Shown here piece after piece: positions 19,589-29,060 of a stretch of DNA of 64,000 bases. The stretch comes from Hyalangium minutum (lineage in GTDB: Bacteria; Myxococcota; Myxococcia; Myxococcales; Myxococcaceae). The stretch lies in NCBI RefSeq assembly GCF_000737315.1, contig NZ_JMCB01000006.1, positions 806,001 through 870,000 on the forward strand, in the 5' to 3' direction. Positions within the stretch are counted from its first letter, which is position 1. Every line of letters starts with the position of its first letter. The position numbers and the translations under genes are program-made. The notes below the pieces were generated by a model. It made no database searches. It was given only the letters and a program-made list of their open reading frames with translations, and was not told where the DNA came from.

Positions 19589-19972
19589 CTACGGGGCGCC
19601 GCAGGCGAGCCACTCGCTCAACTTGCGCCGGTCCTCCACCGACGGCTTCTCCCCATCCGGAGGCATGCTCTCGTTGGTGACGGTGGCGCTGGCGCCCGAC
19701 TGCTTGTCGATCTCTTTGGCCTCGGCGTGGATCCCCTCCATGGTGTTGAAGTTCAGATCGCCCGGAGCGCCATGGCGCTCCGAGCCCGAGAGCGCCGAGT
19801 TGTGACAACGCGTGCAGTACACGCTCATGAAGCTCTGGCCGAAGTTCTGGTAGCTGAGCGAGGTGCCGCTCGTGGGGCACTTGGTCTGGGTGTCTTCTCC
19901 GCCCCCGCACGCGGAGAGCAGCAGGGAGGCGCCCGCGAAGGCGCCGAGCAGGGATTTGAGCCAAGGGGACAT
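19589..19972 (-). CDS. Small monoheme c-type cytochrome lipoprotein
   Basis: Lipobox LLSAC; CTRCH; distal SMPP. Confidence 0.8.
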   Translation of the reverse strand: MSPWLKSLLGAFAGASLLLSACGGGEDTQTKCPTSGTSLSYQNFGQSFMSVYCTRCHNSALSGSERHGAPGDLNFNTMEGIHAEAKEIDKQSGASATVTNESMPPDGEKPSVEDRRKLSEWLACGAP

Positions 19973-20218
19973 GAGTTCTCCTGAACAGGGCCCGAGGAAG
20001 CAGGCAAGGCCCCGCTCTGCCTTAACGAGGGGCGGTCCCGAGCACCAGGGTCCCAAGGGAGGAGGGGATGTCTCCCTGCTCACTCGAAGAGCGAGGGCCC
20101 TCGCCTCCCGCCCGCCCCGTCTCCCCTCCGTCCGTTGGATGACAACTCTTCTCCCAGGTGCCTCGTGGCGAGGCCCCTCCGCGCGATCAGCGCTGGAGCC
20201 ACACGAGGAGGCATCAAC

Positions 20219-20767
20219 ATGGCCTGGTCGAAGACACCCTGGGCAGCATGGAACGGCCTGGGCTTCGGTCTGGTCGCGGGCGCCGTGTTCGCCGTGGCCG
20301 AGTGCCTCGCCTCCCTGGTGGGCGGGCAGGGCCTCATGGCGCCGGTGCGCTACGCGGCCAGCGTCCTGCTGGGAGTCCGTGCGCTTACCGAGGGCCCACT
20401 CGGGCTCATGCTCGCCGCCGGGCTCGCCGTGCACTTCGGACTGTCGGCCCTCTTCGGCCTGGCCTACGCGCTGATCGACGCGCGCCTGTCTCCCGAGCTG
20501 CGGCCCAAGGTGTCGCACCAGACCGCGGTGGGCATGCTGTTCGCGCTCGGAGTCTGGGGGGTGACGTTCCAGTTCGTCGCCCGCGGCTACTACCCGTGGT
20601 TCCTGGAGAACACGCCCCAGTTCTTCCAGCTGCTGCTGCACGCGCTCTTCTTCGGCGCTCCACTGGGGCTGCTCTTCGCCGCCGCCGAGCGCCGCCGCGT
20701 GGCCATCGCCCTGTTCGAGCAGGCCGCGCAGCAAGAGCACTCATCCGAGGGGAGGAGAGGGACATGA
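20219..20767 (+). CDS. Hypothetical four-TM membrane protein
   Basis: RBS GAGGAGG; four hydrophobic segments. Confidence 0.7.
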   Translation: MAWSKTPWAAWNGLGFGLVAGAVFAVAECLASLVGGQGLMAPVRYAASVLLGVRALTEGPLGLMLAAGLAVHFGLSALFGLAYALIDARLSPELRPKVSHQTAVGMLFALGVWGVTFQFVARGYYPWFLENTPQFFQLLLHALFFGAPLGLLFAAAERRRVAIALFEQAAQQEHSSEGRRGT

Positions 20768-21360
20768 AGCGATTCGCGAAGTGGGTGGGTGGTGTCTGGC
20801 TGGCCGCGAGCGCGGTGGCGTGCGCCGGAGCGAACCGGGAAGTCCCGCTGTTGGACGAGCACCCCGTGAGCGCCAGCGCGGGGCAGGGGGGCGGCGCGGA
20901 GATCGACACGGGCGAGTGGGCTTGGATGAACGAGACGCGCAAGAGCGCCCAGGCCCGGCACAAGCTCTATGAGCAGGTGAGCGAGGAGCTCGGCCTGGAT
21001 GAGCGGGACTCCGCCGTGCACCGCAGGGCTCCCGGCCGGAAGGGGGGCGGGGTGGGGGGAAGCGGAATGGCCGGTGGGGAGCGCCGGAGCTGTGCCGAAG
21101 TGCTCGCCGCCGGGGAGCCCGCCGCCCTGGTGTCCGGCACGCTGGACTTCGCGCAGGACGGGCTGCTCACCGTGAATGTGCCCGGCCAGGGGCCCATGAA
21201 GCTGCGCACCGATGCGAGCACGTGCGCCGTCCAGGCCCGGCACGCGCTGGCTCCCGAGTCCCTGCTCGAGGGCGGCGAGGTGCGTGTCTCCTATATTCTG
21301 GAGGACGGACTGCCCACGGCTCGGGTCATCCGCGCCGAGCCCCTGCGCTTCACCCACTGA
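20764..21360 (+). CDS. Hypothetical lipoprotein
   Basis: ATGA overlap; signal ending AVAC; C-terminal OB-like beta domain. Confidence 0.7.
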   Translation: MKRFAKWVGGVWLAASAVACAGANREVPLLDEHPVSASAGQGGGAEIDTGEWAWMNETRKSAQARHKLYEQVSEELGLDERDSAVHRRAPGRKGGGVGGSGMAGGERRSCAEVLAAGEPAALVSGTLDFAQDGLLTVNVPGQGPMKLRTDASTCAVQARHALAPESLLEGGEVRVSYILEDGLPTARVIRAEPLRFTH

Positions 21361-21533
21361 AGCAGGGATTCCGGGAGGTGCTGCCAGCCCCGGGGCTGGT
21401 GCCCCTCCGCCCTCCAGGCCGTCTGAATCCAGGCCCTCGAACAAACGTTTGAGGTATGATGAAAGGACATCACCCTGAGGGTTACCTGGAGGGCGACCTG
21501 GGTGGGGCCGTGTGCCCCCTGGACCCGACTGCA

Positions 21534-21968
21534 ATGGCGAAATTCGAAACCATGGAAAAGCCGCTGGCGAGCATCCTCGGCCTGGCCGTGCGCACTGCCC
21601 GCTTGCGCGCGGGATTGACCCAGGAGGACGTGGCCGAGCGCATTGGCATGGCCTCGGAGGTGTACGGGCGCATGGAGCGCGGGCAGATGCTGCCACGTGT
21701 GGAGAACCTGCGGCGGCTGTGCCTGGTGCTCAACGTGCCGCCCCACGAGCTGCTCGGCCTGGACTCCGCCGACTTCCGGGGCGTCTTCCCCGTGGAGGAG
21801 GTGAAGCCCCGCTCGGATGACTCCGCCGACATGCGCCGCCTGCTGCGGCGGCTGCGCAAGCTCAGCGCCACCCAGGTGAAGCTGCTCAGCCAAATCTCCG
21901 GCGCGATGATGGCCCGGGGCCGCAACACCCGGAACCGCCGGCGCCTGTCCCTGCTCGAGCCCGAGTGA
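21534..21968 (+). CDS. XRE-family transcriptional regulator
   Basis: VRTARLRAGLTQEDVAERIGMASEVYGRMERGQMLP; start uncertain (21534 or 21552). Confidence 0.88.
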   Translation: MAKFETMEKPLASILGLAVRTARLRAGLTQEDVAERIGMASEVYGRMERGQMLPRVENLRRLCLVLNVPPHELLGLDSADFRGVFPVEEVKPRSDDSADMRRLLRRLRKLSATQVKLLSQISGAMMARGRNTRNRRRLSLLEPE

Positions 21969-21978
21969 GGGCCGTGGC

Positions 21979-22875
21979 TCAGCGCAGATTCAAGCCGGAG
22001 AGGGTGAAGGTGCGCACCTTGTCCTCATCCCACACCTGCAGGCTGTAGGTGCCCGGAAGGTTTTCATCTGGGCGGGTCACCTCCACCCAGATGGAGCCGT
22101 TCTTCCGGGGGGGGATGGGTTTGGGCAGCACCACATCGAGCGGCTCCAGTGGCTGGCCGGACGCGCCGGTGACGGCGGCGCTTGCCAGCCGCAAGGGCCT
22201 CGAGGGGTCGTTGTTCATGACATTCGCCTCCAGCACGAGCCGGTTCTTGGCCACGTAGAGCCGCAGCCGCTTCACCTGGAGCGCGGCCCCCGAAGCCAGA
22301 ACGGGAGGCGGGAAGTCGAGAGGACGGGGGGGGAGGGTGTGGTCCTCAAACGCCCCGTCCGCCAGCAACCGCGCGAGCCCGCCGAGAGCGGGGGGAGGCT
22401 GCCCCTGGAGGCAGCTCTGCAGCTCTTCCTCCTTGCGCGCAATCTCGGCCTGACAGGACTCCGAGCTGCGGGGCGCACGGAAGATATCCACCTGGCGATC
22501 GGCCTCGTCCCGGTAGACGACGAGGATGAAGGAGGCGCTCGCCGGAGCTGCGGTCCCCGTGAAGCGCACCGTCAGCTGGAGCCGCTCGCCCGGGGCCAGC
22601 TTCTCCGAGGGCATCAAGAGCATGGAGCGGTTCATGGCCTCCACGCGCTCGAAGCGAGGGCGGCCCTCCAGTTCCACCTTGGGGGCCAGCTCCCGGTCGA
22701 AGAGCAGCGAGGTGACCAGCCCCGGGCTGATGCAAATCTCGGGGGGAGGCGCCGCGCCTTCCTTCAGCTCGATGCGGCGTCTTCCTGTCTGGCAGGGGGA
22801 GGGCTGGGCCCAGACGGTGGAGGCTGTCCCGAGCAGGAGGAGCGCCAGGAGGAGGGCAGGGGGGGAGGGGGACAT
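21979..22875 (-). CDS. DUF2381-family exported protein
   Basis: Signal peptide; ICISPGLVTSLLFD, EKLAPGERLQLTVRF, DRQVDIFR; next to kinase as typical in myxobacteria. Confidence 0.8.
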   Translation of the reverse strand: MSPSPPALLLALLLLGTASTVWAQPSPCQTGRRRIELKEGAAPPPEICISPGLVTSLLFDRELAPKVELEGRPRFERVEAMNRSMLLMPSEKLAPGERLQLTVRFTGTAAPASASFILVVYRDEADRQVDIFRAPRSSESCQAEIARKEEELQSCLQGQPPPALGGLARLLADGAFEDHTLPPRPLDFPPPVLASGAALQVKRLRLYVAKNRLVLEANVMNNDPSRPLRLASAAVTGASGQPLEPLDVVLPKPIPPRKNGSIWVEVTRPDENLPGTYSLQVWDEDKVRTFTLSGLNLR

Positions 22876-22971
22876 GCGGCGGTGACTCCGGTTCAGCGCT
22901 GGGGCGGACGTCCGCCTCTAGCATGCCTCTCGGAGCCTGCCGGGCGACAGGCCACTTTGCGCGGGAGTCCT

Positions 22972-24951
22972 TCAGGGCCTCGAAGGAGGGTAGTGGTGGC
23001 CGTAGTAGACCCAGGCGTAGATGTTGACCTTCATCGCCCCGGGCCGCGAGTCCGGCGTGAAGGGGAGGCCATCGTTGGCGGTGTCTTCCTGGACGAGGAC
23101 GCCACAGAAGGGCAGCCGGCGGCCATCGGGCAGCACCGCCTCGGTGAAGCGGACGTAGAACCGGTCGCGGATGAAGCCCTGGCCCACGAACCGCGTATCG
23201 TCGGGGTAGCTGCGGCCAGGCTTTCGGGCGTCCCAGACGTAGACTTCGCGCGGGCCCTCGGCCACCGCCATGGTGAGCGTGGGCAAGTCGTCGAATGTCA
23301 GGAGGACGCGGGCGCGGTCAGCCCAGGGATCCCCCCAGAGCATCTCCTTCATGCTGGCCACGGCCTCGGGAGAGCACTTCGGGAGCGGAGGAGGCCCCAG
23401 GCGGACTGCGGCGTCCGTGCTGGCACAGCCCACCGCCACGGTGCAGGCGGCCACGGCCCCAGCCAAGGCGCGGGACTCCCACAGGCGCGAGAACCAGGGT
23501 TTGTCCAGGGGAGGAGGGAGGGGAGCGGGGGAGGGGTCGGGAAAGAAGCGCCTCATGGGTAGACCTTTCTTGGGTCGGGGAGGGGTGGGCTCCACGGCCT
23601 CCGCCGGGGGCCTCGCGCTGGGCCGGGCGTGGAGGGGAACTCGGAGAGGCCCATCCTCCAGGCGGGAGGCCGGGGGAGGCAGGGCCAGCAGCTGGCACAG
23701 CCACTCGGAGGAGGGCGCAAGGTCCATCGAGGCCCCGGTGTCTTGTCTCCCGGTGCCGGGCAGGCCGGCCCGCCACACGCCCGCGGCCAGCACCGTGAGC
23801 AGCACCCCGGTGGACAGCGCGGCCCGCCACGGGCGGCGCCGGTGCCACGAGGGACCCGGAGAGGCCCGTTCTATGGGGCCGGTGGGGATGGACTCCCCCC
23901 TGGGGGAGGTGGTCCCAGGTGAGGAGTGTGCTCCCCCCCCATCCTCCTTCCCCAAGAGGGGCCTCTCCGGGTCTTTCTGGCTGGACATGACGGCCGGTCC
24001 CCCGGTGCCCTCTGTCGTCGCGGCATGCGCGCCGGGCGAGAGTGGCACCTCCAAGAAGGAGGGGGCGTCATGCAGCAGCGCCTGTAACAAATCGTGGAGC
24101 GCCTGGCCGCTCGCGGGCCGCTGCTCGGGGTCCTTCGCCAGCAGCCGCAGCACCAGCGCTCCGAGCGCGGGCGGCACCTGGGGGTTGAGCACGGCGGGCG
24201 AGGCAGGCATCTCCTTTTCGATGAGCGAGGTGAGCACCTCCCGCGGCAGGGTGGGGGGGAAGGGCGGCACGCTGGTGAGCACCTCGTAGAGCGTGGCGCC
24301 CAGCGCGTAGAGGTCATCCGTGGGGCGGAACGGGTAGCGCGCGGTGGGGTCCGCGTAGCGCTCGCGGTGGAAGCGCAGGGCCTCGGGGGTGCGCAGGTGC
24401 GGGGTGCCCGGGGGCAGCGGGCCCTCGGTGAGCTGCGAGTCCGAGCCCACGTGCTCGCTGGCGCCAAAGTCCACCAGCACCGGCTCTCCGTCCCGGGCGC
24501 GCACCAGGATGTTGGAGCCCTTCAAGTCCCGGTGGTGGATGGACTGCGCGTGCAGCGCGTCCAGGGTGAGCGCCAGCGTGGCGAACACGCGAATCACCTC
24601 GCGCAGCGGGGGGCGCGACTGCTTCACCCAGTCGGTGAGGGTGGGGCCCTCCACCAGGTCCATGACGACGTAGTGGAAGCCGGTGCGAGGGTGCGGCCAG
24701 CGGCCGTGGGCCCACACCTTCACCACGTTGGGGTGGGTGACGAGCAGCAGGCAGGCCAGCTCTCGCTGGGCGCGGGCATCCGTGCGGTTGGCGTCGTCGC
24801 TGTCGGGGCCGTGCACGGCGAACTTGAGGGCAAACAGCTCCCCGTCCCGCTCCACGCGGAACACCGCTCCGAAGCCCCCGGCCCCCAGCCGGGCTTGGAT
24901 GCGGAAGTCGCCCACCATCATGTCCGGCATCAGCTGGAAGGGGTGCTGCAT
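22972..24951 (-). CDS. Membrane Ser/Thr protein kinase
   Basis: LGAGGFGAVF, ALK, HHRDLKGSN, DFG, GTPHLRTPE, DLYALG; TM segment(s); start ATG 24951. Confidence 0.92.
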   Translation of the reverse strand: MQHPFQLMPDMMVGDFRIQARLGAGGFGAVFRVERDGELFALKFAVHGPDSDDANRTDARAQRELACLLLVTHPNVVKVWAHGRWPHPRTGFHYVVMDLVEGPTLTDWVKQSRPPLREVIRVFATLALTLDALHAQSIHHRDLKGSNILVRARDGEPVLVDFGASEHVGSDSQLTEGPLPPGTPHLRTPEALRFHRERYADPTARYPFRPTDDLYALGATLYEVLTSVPPFPPTLPREVLTSLIEKEMPASPAVLNPQVPPALGALVLRLLAKDPEQRPASGQALHDLLQALLHDAPSFLEVPLSPGAHAATTEGTGGPAVMSSQKDPERPLLGKEDGGGAHSSPGTTSPRGESIPTGPIERASPGPSWHRRRPWRAALSTGVLLTVLAAGVWRAGLPGTGRQDTGASMDLAPSSEWLCQLLALPPPASRLEDGPLRVPLHARPSARPPAEAVEPTPPRPKKGLPMRRFFPDPSPAPLPPPLDKPWFSRLWESRALAGAVAACTVAVGCASTDAAVRLGPPPLPKCSPEAVASMKEMLWGDPWADRARVLLTFDDLPTLTMAVAEGPREVYVWDARKPGRSYPDDTRFVGQGFIRDRFYVRFTEAVLPDGRRLPFCGVLVQEDTANDGLPFTPDSRPGAMKVNIYAWVYYGHHYPPSRP

Positions 24952-25160
24952 CACGCGTGCTCCAGAGACATCCCGGGTGGAGTCGGCCCGTTGCGTCTCC
25001 GCTGGCCGTACCTGACAAAGGGGGCCATGTGACCCGTTAGGAGGGGTTGTATGAGTATGACCTGCAAGGCAGGTTGGTTCAAGCAAGAAGGACCTAGCAG
25101 GTTGAGCCCCCGCCACGGGCGAGCAGCGGGGAGGGGCGGCGCGCGCTAGGGTGTGCGCCC

Positions 25161-25646
25161 ATGTCCATGTCCAAGGTCGACGAGCTGGTGCGAGCGCTGG
25201 GGCTCGAGCCCCATCTGGAGGGCGGTTACTTTCGGGAGACGTACCGCGCGAAGGCGCAGGTGGAGACGCCGCGAGGGGTGCGCTCGGCGGGCACGTCCAT
25301 CTACTACCTGCTGCGGCGAGGGGAGTTCGCGGCGTGGCACCAGGTGGCCTCGGACGAGGTGTGGCACTTCTACGACGGGGCTCCGCTCACGCTGTACCTG
25401 CTGAGCGAGCAGGGGCTGGAAGAGGTGACGCTCGGGCGGGAGGTGAGCCAGGGCGAGCGGCTGCAGGTGGTGGTCCCGGCCGGGGTGCTGCAGGCGGCGG
25501 TGCCGCGCGGGGACTACACGCTGGCGGGCTGCACCGTGGCGCCGGGCTTCGACTTCGCGGACTGGGAGCTGCCGACGCGGGACACGCTGGTGGCGCGCTA
25601 CCCGGAGCATGCCGAGCTGGTCCGCCAGCTCACCCGTCCGGGCTGA
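25161..25646 (+). CDS. Cupin (DUF985/cupin_5 family)
   Basis: LEPHLEGGYFRETY, TSIYYLL, WHQVASDEVWHFY, GCTVAPGFDF. Confidence 0.92.
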   Translation: MSMSKVDELVRALGLEPHLEGGYFRETYRAKAQVETPRGVRSAGTSIYYLLRRGEFAAWHQVASDEVWHFYDGAPLTLYLLSEQGLEEVTLGREVSQGERLQVVVPAGVLQAAVPRGDYTLAGCTVAPGFDFADWELPTRDTLVARYPEHAELVRQLTRPG

Positions 25647-25940
25647 GCGACGGGGCGGGTCGAGGCCCCGCATATAATGTTGCGGGGCGCCGGGGATGGG
25701 GTGTGTGAGTGTGGGCTAGCGAGGGTTCAGGTGTTCCTGACGTCGCCCACAAGCGCAGGCGCGAAGGCGATGAGGATGAGGGTCCTCTGCTGGGGCATCG
25801 CTTGCACCCCGTGACGACGATATGGAGGGCGATACCCTGTTCGAGCAACGCGTCGGTGCTACACGGTGCTAGGCGAACAGTCACTTTCTCCGCAGGGCAG
25901 CCCCCTAACCTTCTCCCCTCCTCGCATGAAGGAGTGACAC

Positions 25941-27308
25941 ATGGGGCTGAGGCGAATTCCCTGGAGAAGGATGAGCGCACTTGTCGTCGCGTTCCTCGTG
26001 GGATGCAGCAGCATCCCACGGGTCCCCCACGTGGAGGACACCGGCCAAGGCCAAGCCGTCGTCCACATTCCCCGCACGGTGGACCTGCAACTCGTCGTGG
26101 TGAAACCAGAGGAGTTCCAGCAGGCCATGAGGCGACTGGCGCGCGAGGTGCGACTGTCAGGCACCCCGCGTCAGACGGTGGAGAAGATGTTTCAGATGGA
26201 CCCGCAGTTCGGCAACTACCTCTACCTGCGGGCGGACAAGAAGTTGGTGCCGCTGGGTTCGGGCGAACCCTGGGACGGCACGTTGACGCAAGACGATCTG
26301 GAGACGGCCGAGCGCTACCGGGTCTGGTGCCAGCGCGTTTACAACGTCTACGGGGACTGTCTCGGGGGCGCGTTGGTGGGTGGGCGCTACCTGGACATGC
26401 ACGGCCGCTACATCTGGGCGCTGGCGCTGAGCAAGAGCCCGGTGATCGACGAGATGAAGAAGGCGCTGGGGGAGATGGTGGAAGTCCGCGCGCTCATCAA
26501 CACGGTCTTGTGGACGTTGGGTTCCATGCTGCTGATCCTGGCGCTCAACCCCGTAGCTCCGGCGCTGGTGGCGGTGGTTGGCCTGGGGCTGATTCTGTAC
26601 GTGGGTTACGACACGCTCCGCAACCTTGTCACCGGCTGGATCCAATTGATGGAAGAGGTGAAGGTGGCCACCACCTTCGAGCAGATCCGCGATGCGGGCG
26701 AGCGCTTCGGGAAGCTTCTCGGGCGAGAGGCAGCGCGCGCATTCGCCATGCTCCTGATGGCGGCCATTGGCTCGACGGCGAAGCTGTTCGCGGCCAAGGT
26801 GCCGACGCTGCCCGGCTCGGCGCAGGTGGCCGTGCAGGCCGATGGCACGGCAAAAATCTCGCTGTCCGCGTTGGGCTCAGTGGAGGAGATCGCGCTGACG
26901 GCGGAGGGCGTGAGCGTGACGGTGGCAGCCACCGCGATGACGATGGGGGCCAGTGGCAGTGGCAGCACAGGCCCCTGCATCGAGACGCACCACATCGCCA
27001 CCATCTGCAACGACACGTCCACCGCGCGCGGGGGCCCGTGGACACCGAGGTTCCGGGAGCTCTTCACCAAGGCGGGAATGTCGATGGAGGATCCGGCGAA
27101 CAAGATGCCTCTGCCGGGGCACAAAGGACCGCACCCCGAGCGGTATCACCAGATCGTCATGGACGAACTTGCCGGTGCAACGGAGACCTGTCCCAGCGTC
27201 GTGGAATGCCGGGAGGCGTTGGCTGGCGCACTCCGGAAACTGGCCAAGCAGATCGCCACCCCGGGAACAGAACTGAACCAACTCGTCACCCGAGCCACGC
27301 CACGATAA
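25941..27308 (+). CDS. Second SitA5-like lipoprotein AHH-nuclease toxin
   Basis: RBS AAGGAG; lipobox LVGC; close paralog of 226-1590; THHIAT...GHKGPHPERYH. Confidence 0.8.
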   Translation: MGLRRIPWRRMSALVVAFLVGCSSIPRVPHVEDTGQGQAVVHIPRTVDLQLVVVKPEEFQQAMRRLAREVRLSGTPRQTVEKMFQMDPQFGNYLYLRADKKLVPLGSGEPWDGTLTQDDLETAERYRVWCQRVYNVYGDCLGGALVGGRYLDMHGRYIWALALSKSPVIDEMKKALGEMVEVRALINTVLWTLGSMLLILALNPVAPALVAVVGLGLILYVGYDTLRNLVTGWIQLMEEVKVATTFEQIRDAGERFGKLLGREAARAFAMLLMAAIGSTAKLFAAKVPTLPGSAQVAVQADGTAKISLSALGSVEEIALTAEGVSVTVAATAMTMGASGSGSTGPCIETHHIATICNDTSTARGGPWTPRFRELFTKAGMSMEDPANKMPLPGHKGPHPERYHQIVMDELAGATETCPSVVECREALAGALRKLAKQIATPGTELNQLVTRATPR

Positions 27309-27317
27309 ACGGAGTCC

Positions 27318-27881
27318 ATGTCCCAGCGTTTCTTCAGACTCGCCGACGATGTCAACGTCCCGCACCGCTGGCATCTAGCAATGCCCAGGGACCGACAGAG
27401 CCTCAAAGTGGATGACGGGCAGTTCAGGCTTGGCTTCCCCGTCCTCTTCAAGGAGCGATTGAGAATCCCCGTCGAGACTGCGGGCACACCGCTGGACTTC
27501 ACAGAGGCGGGCATCATGATCCCGGTGGTTCATGTCCGGGTCGCGTCCATGTTCGCAGAGCTGGCCCCAGATGATGTGCAACTGATCCCCGTGGACGTGG
27601 AGGGCCAGCCGGATCAGTACCTCATCCTTGTGGCCACACGCCGCATCCACTGTATCGACGAAAAGGCATCCCGGATCGAACTCTGGACGCATGAGGACGG
27701 AGTGCCTCACAAGGTCGGTCAGTATTTCTCCGTGCGCGACCTGCGCATCGACAAGTCCAAGGTGGGGAGCGCCCAGGTGCTTCGGTGCGAGGGGTGGACG
27801 GGCCCGCTGATCGTCTCCGGGGAGATCAAGGACGCCTTGGATCGCATAGGGGCCACAGGCACGAGGTTCGAGGAGGTCTAG
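27318..27881 (+). CDS. Imm11/DUF1629-like immunity protein
   Basis: Paralog of 1600-2163, directly after toxin. Confidence 0.8.
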   Translation: MSQRFFRLADDVNVPHRWHLAMPRDRQSLKVDDGQFRLGFPVLFKERLRIPVETAGTPLDFTEAGIMIPVVHVRVASMFAELAPDDVQLIPVDVEGQPDQYLILVATRRIHCIDEKASRIELWTHEDGVPHKVGQYFSVRDLRIDKSKVGSAQVLRCEGWTGPLIVSGEIKDALDRIGATGTRFEEV

Positions 27882-28110
27882 TCCGGTCTTCTGCGTCAGG
27901 GTTCTGGCGGCTCCGCGCGCTGGTGCACGGTGATCTGGGCGCTGCCTTGGACGGCAGGGGGAGTGCTGGCTCGGCTGGCGGCGGTGGGCGTCTTCTTGGG
28001 CGTGCTTCGGGCCATGCTGATGCTGCGCGACCGGCGCCTCGACAACCCCTGCCGCACCTGTCCGTATGGGAGCAAGCCGTTCTGTGGCCATTACCTGCCG
28101 GCCTACGAGC

Positions 28111-28155
28111 CGGAAATGTCGGGACTTTTGGCGTTCAAAACCCCCGACATTTCCG
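28111..28155. repeat. 45-nt palindromic hairpin (REP-like or terminator)
   Basis: CGGAAATGTCGGG/CCCGACATTTCCG 13-bp arms with inner TTTTG/CAAAA stem, between convergent genes. Confidence 0.6.
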
Positions 28156-28181
28156 AACAGGCGGAGGCGGGTCCGGTCCCT

Positions 28182-29060
28182 TTAGGGGCGCCGCAGCCGC
28201 TCCGGATGTGTGTAGACGTTGAAGCGCCCGCCGCGCACGAACGTGGCGAGCGTCACTCTGGAGCGCTCCGCGAGATCAATGGCGAGCGAGCTCGCCGCGG
28301 ACACACTGGCCACCACGGGAATGCGAGCAACGGCCGCCTTCTGGACGATCTCGAAGCTCGCGCGGCCGCTCACCACGAGGACAGTGGGCGGGTGTTCGGG
28401 CGGAGGTGCCGGGAGGCTCGGTGAGGCACGAGAGGAACGCACCGCCCCACTGAGCACCAGCGTGCCCACCACCTTGTCCACCGCGTTGTGCCGGCCCACG
28501 TCCTCGGCCGAAGCGAGCAGCTCCCCGCTCGCGTCCAGCACAGCCGCCGCGTGAACGCCGCCCGTGCGCGCGAAGTTGCGCTGGAGATCTCTCAAGCGAT
28601 CGGTGGCGCGGCCCACCACCTTCGGCGCGAGCGCGGGTCCAGGCGGCACCGGTGAGCACACCGCCATCAGGTCATCCACGCTCCGCCGTCCGCAGACGCC
28701 GCAGGCCGCCGTGGTCAGCGTTCCCCGGCGGGAGGAGTTCACTCGCTCCACTTCGAGCACCAGCCCGGGAGCGGGCGTCACCTCGATGATGTTGCCCCAG
28801 CCCTCCTCACCTGGACGCCCGCAGTACGTCACACCGCCCAGGTCCTCCACGGAGCGGAGGATGCCCTCGGAGAACAGGAAGCCCACGGCGAGCTCCCGGT
28901 CCTGACCCGGGGTGCGCATGGTGATGGCCACCGTGTCGCCGCTGACGCGGATCTCCAGCGGCTCCTCTACGGCGACCGAGTCCTCCTCGGGTGCGGCGGC
29001 CTCTGCCTCCGAGAACCGCACCACCGTCCGCCGCGTGACGCCCTTCTCCTCACGGCTCAT
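28182..29060 (-). CDS. fdhD: Formate dehydrogenase accessory sulfurtransferase FdhD
   Basis: [48 protein letters not shown]. Confidence 0.95.
   Translation of the reverse strand: MSREEKGVTRRTVVRFSEAEAAAPEEDSVAVEEPLEIRVSGDTVAITMRTPGQDRELAVGFLFSEGILRSVEDLGGVTYCGRPGEEGWGNIIEVTPAPGLVLEVERVNSSRRGTLTTAACGVCGRRSVDDLMAVCSPVPPGPALAPKVVGRATDRLRDLQRNFARTGGVHAAAVLDASGELLASAEDVGRHNAVDKVVGTLVLSGAVRSSRASPSLPAPPPEHPPTVLVVSGRASFEIVQKAAVARIPVVASVSAASSLAIDLAERSRVTLATFVRGGRFNVYTHPERLRRP

Noticed and set aside
27930-28424. ORF with TM and CxxC motif after the second immunity gene
   Set aside because: No RBS, runs through a palindrome and into fdhD antisense; at best a gene remnant
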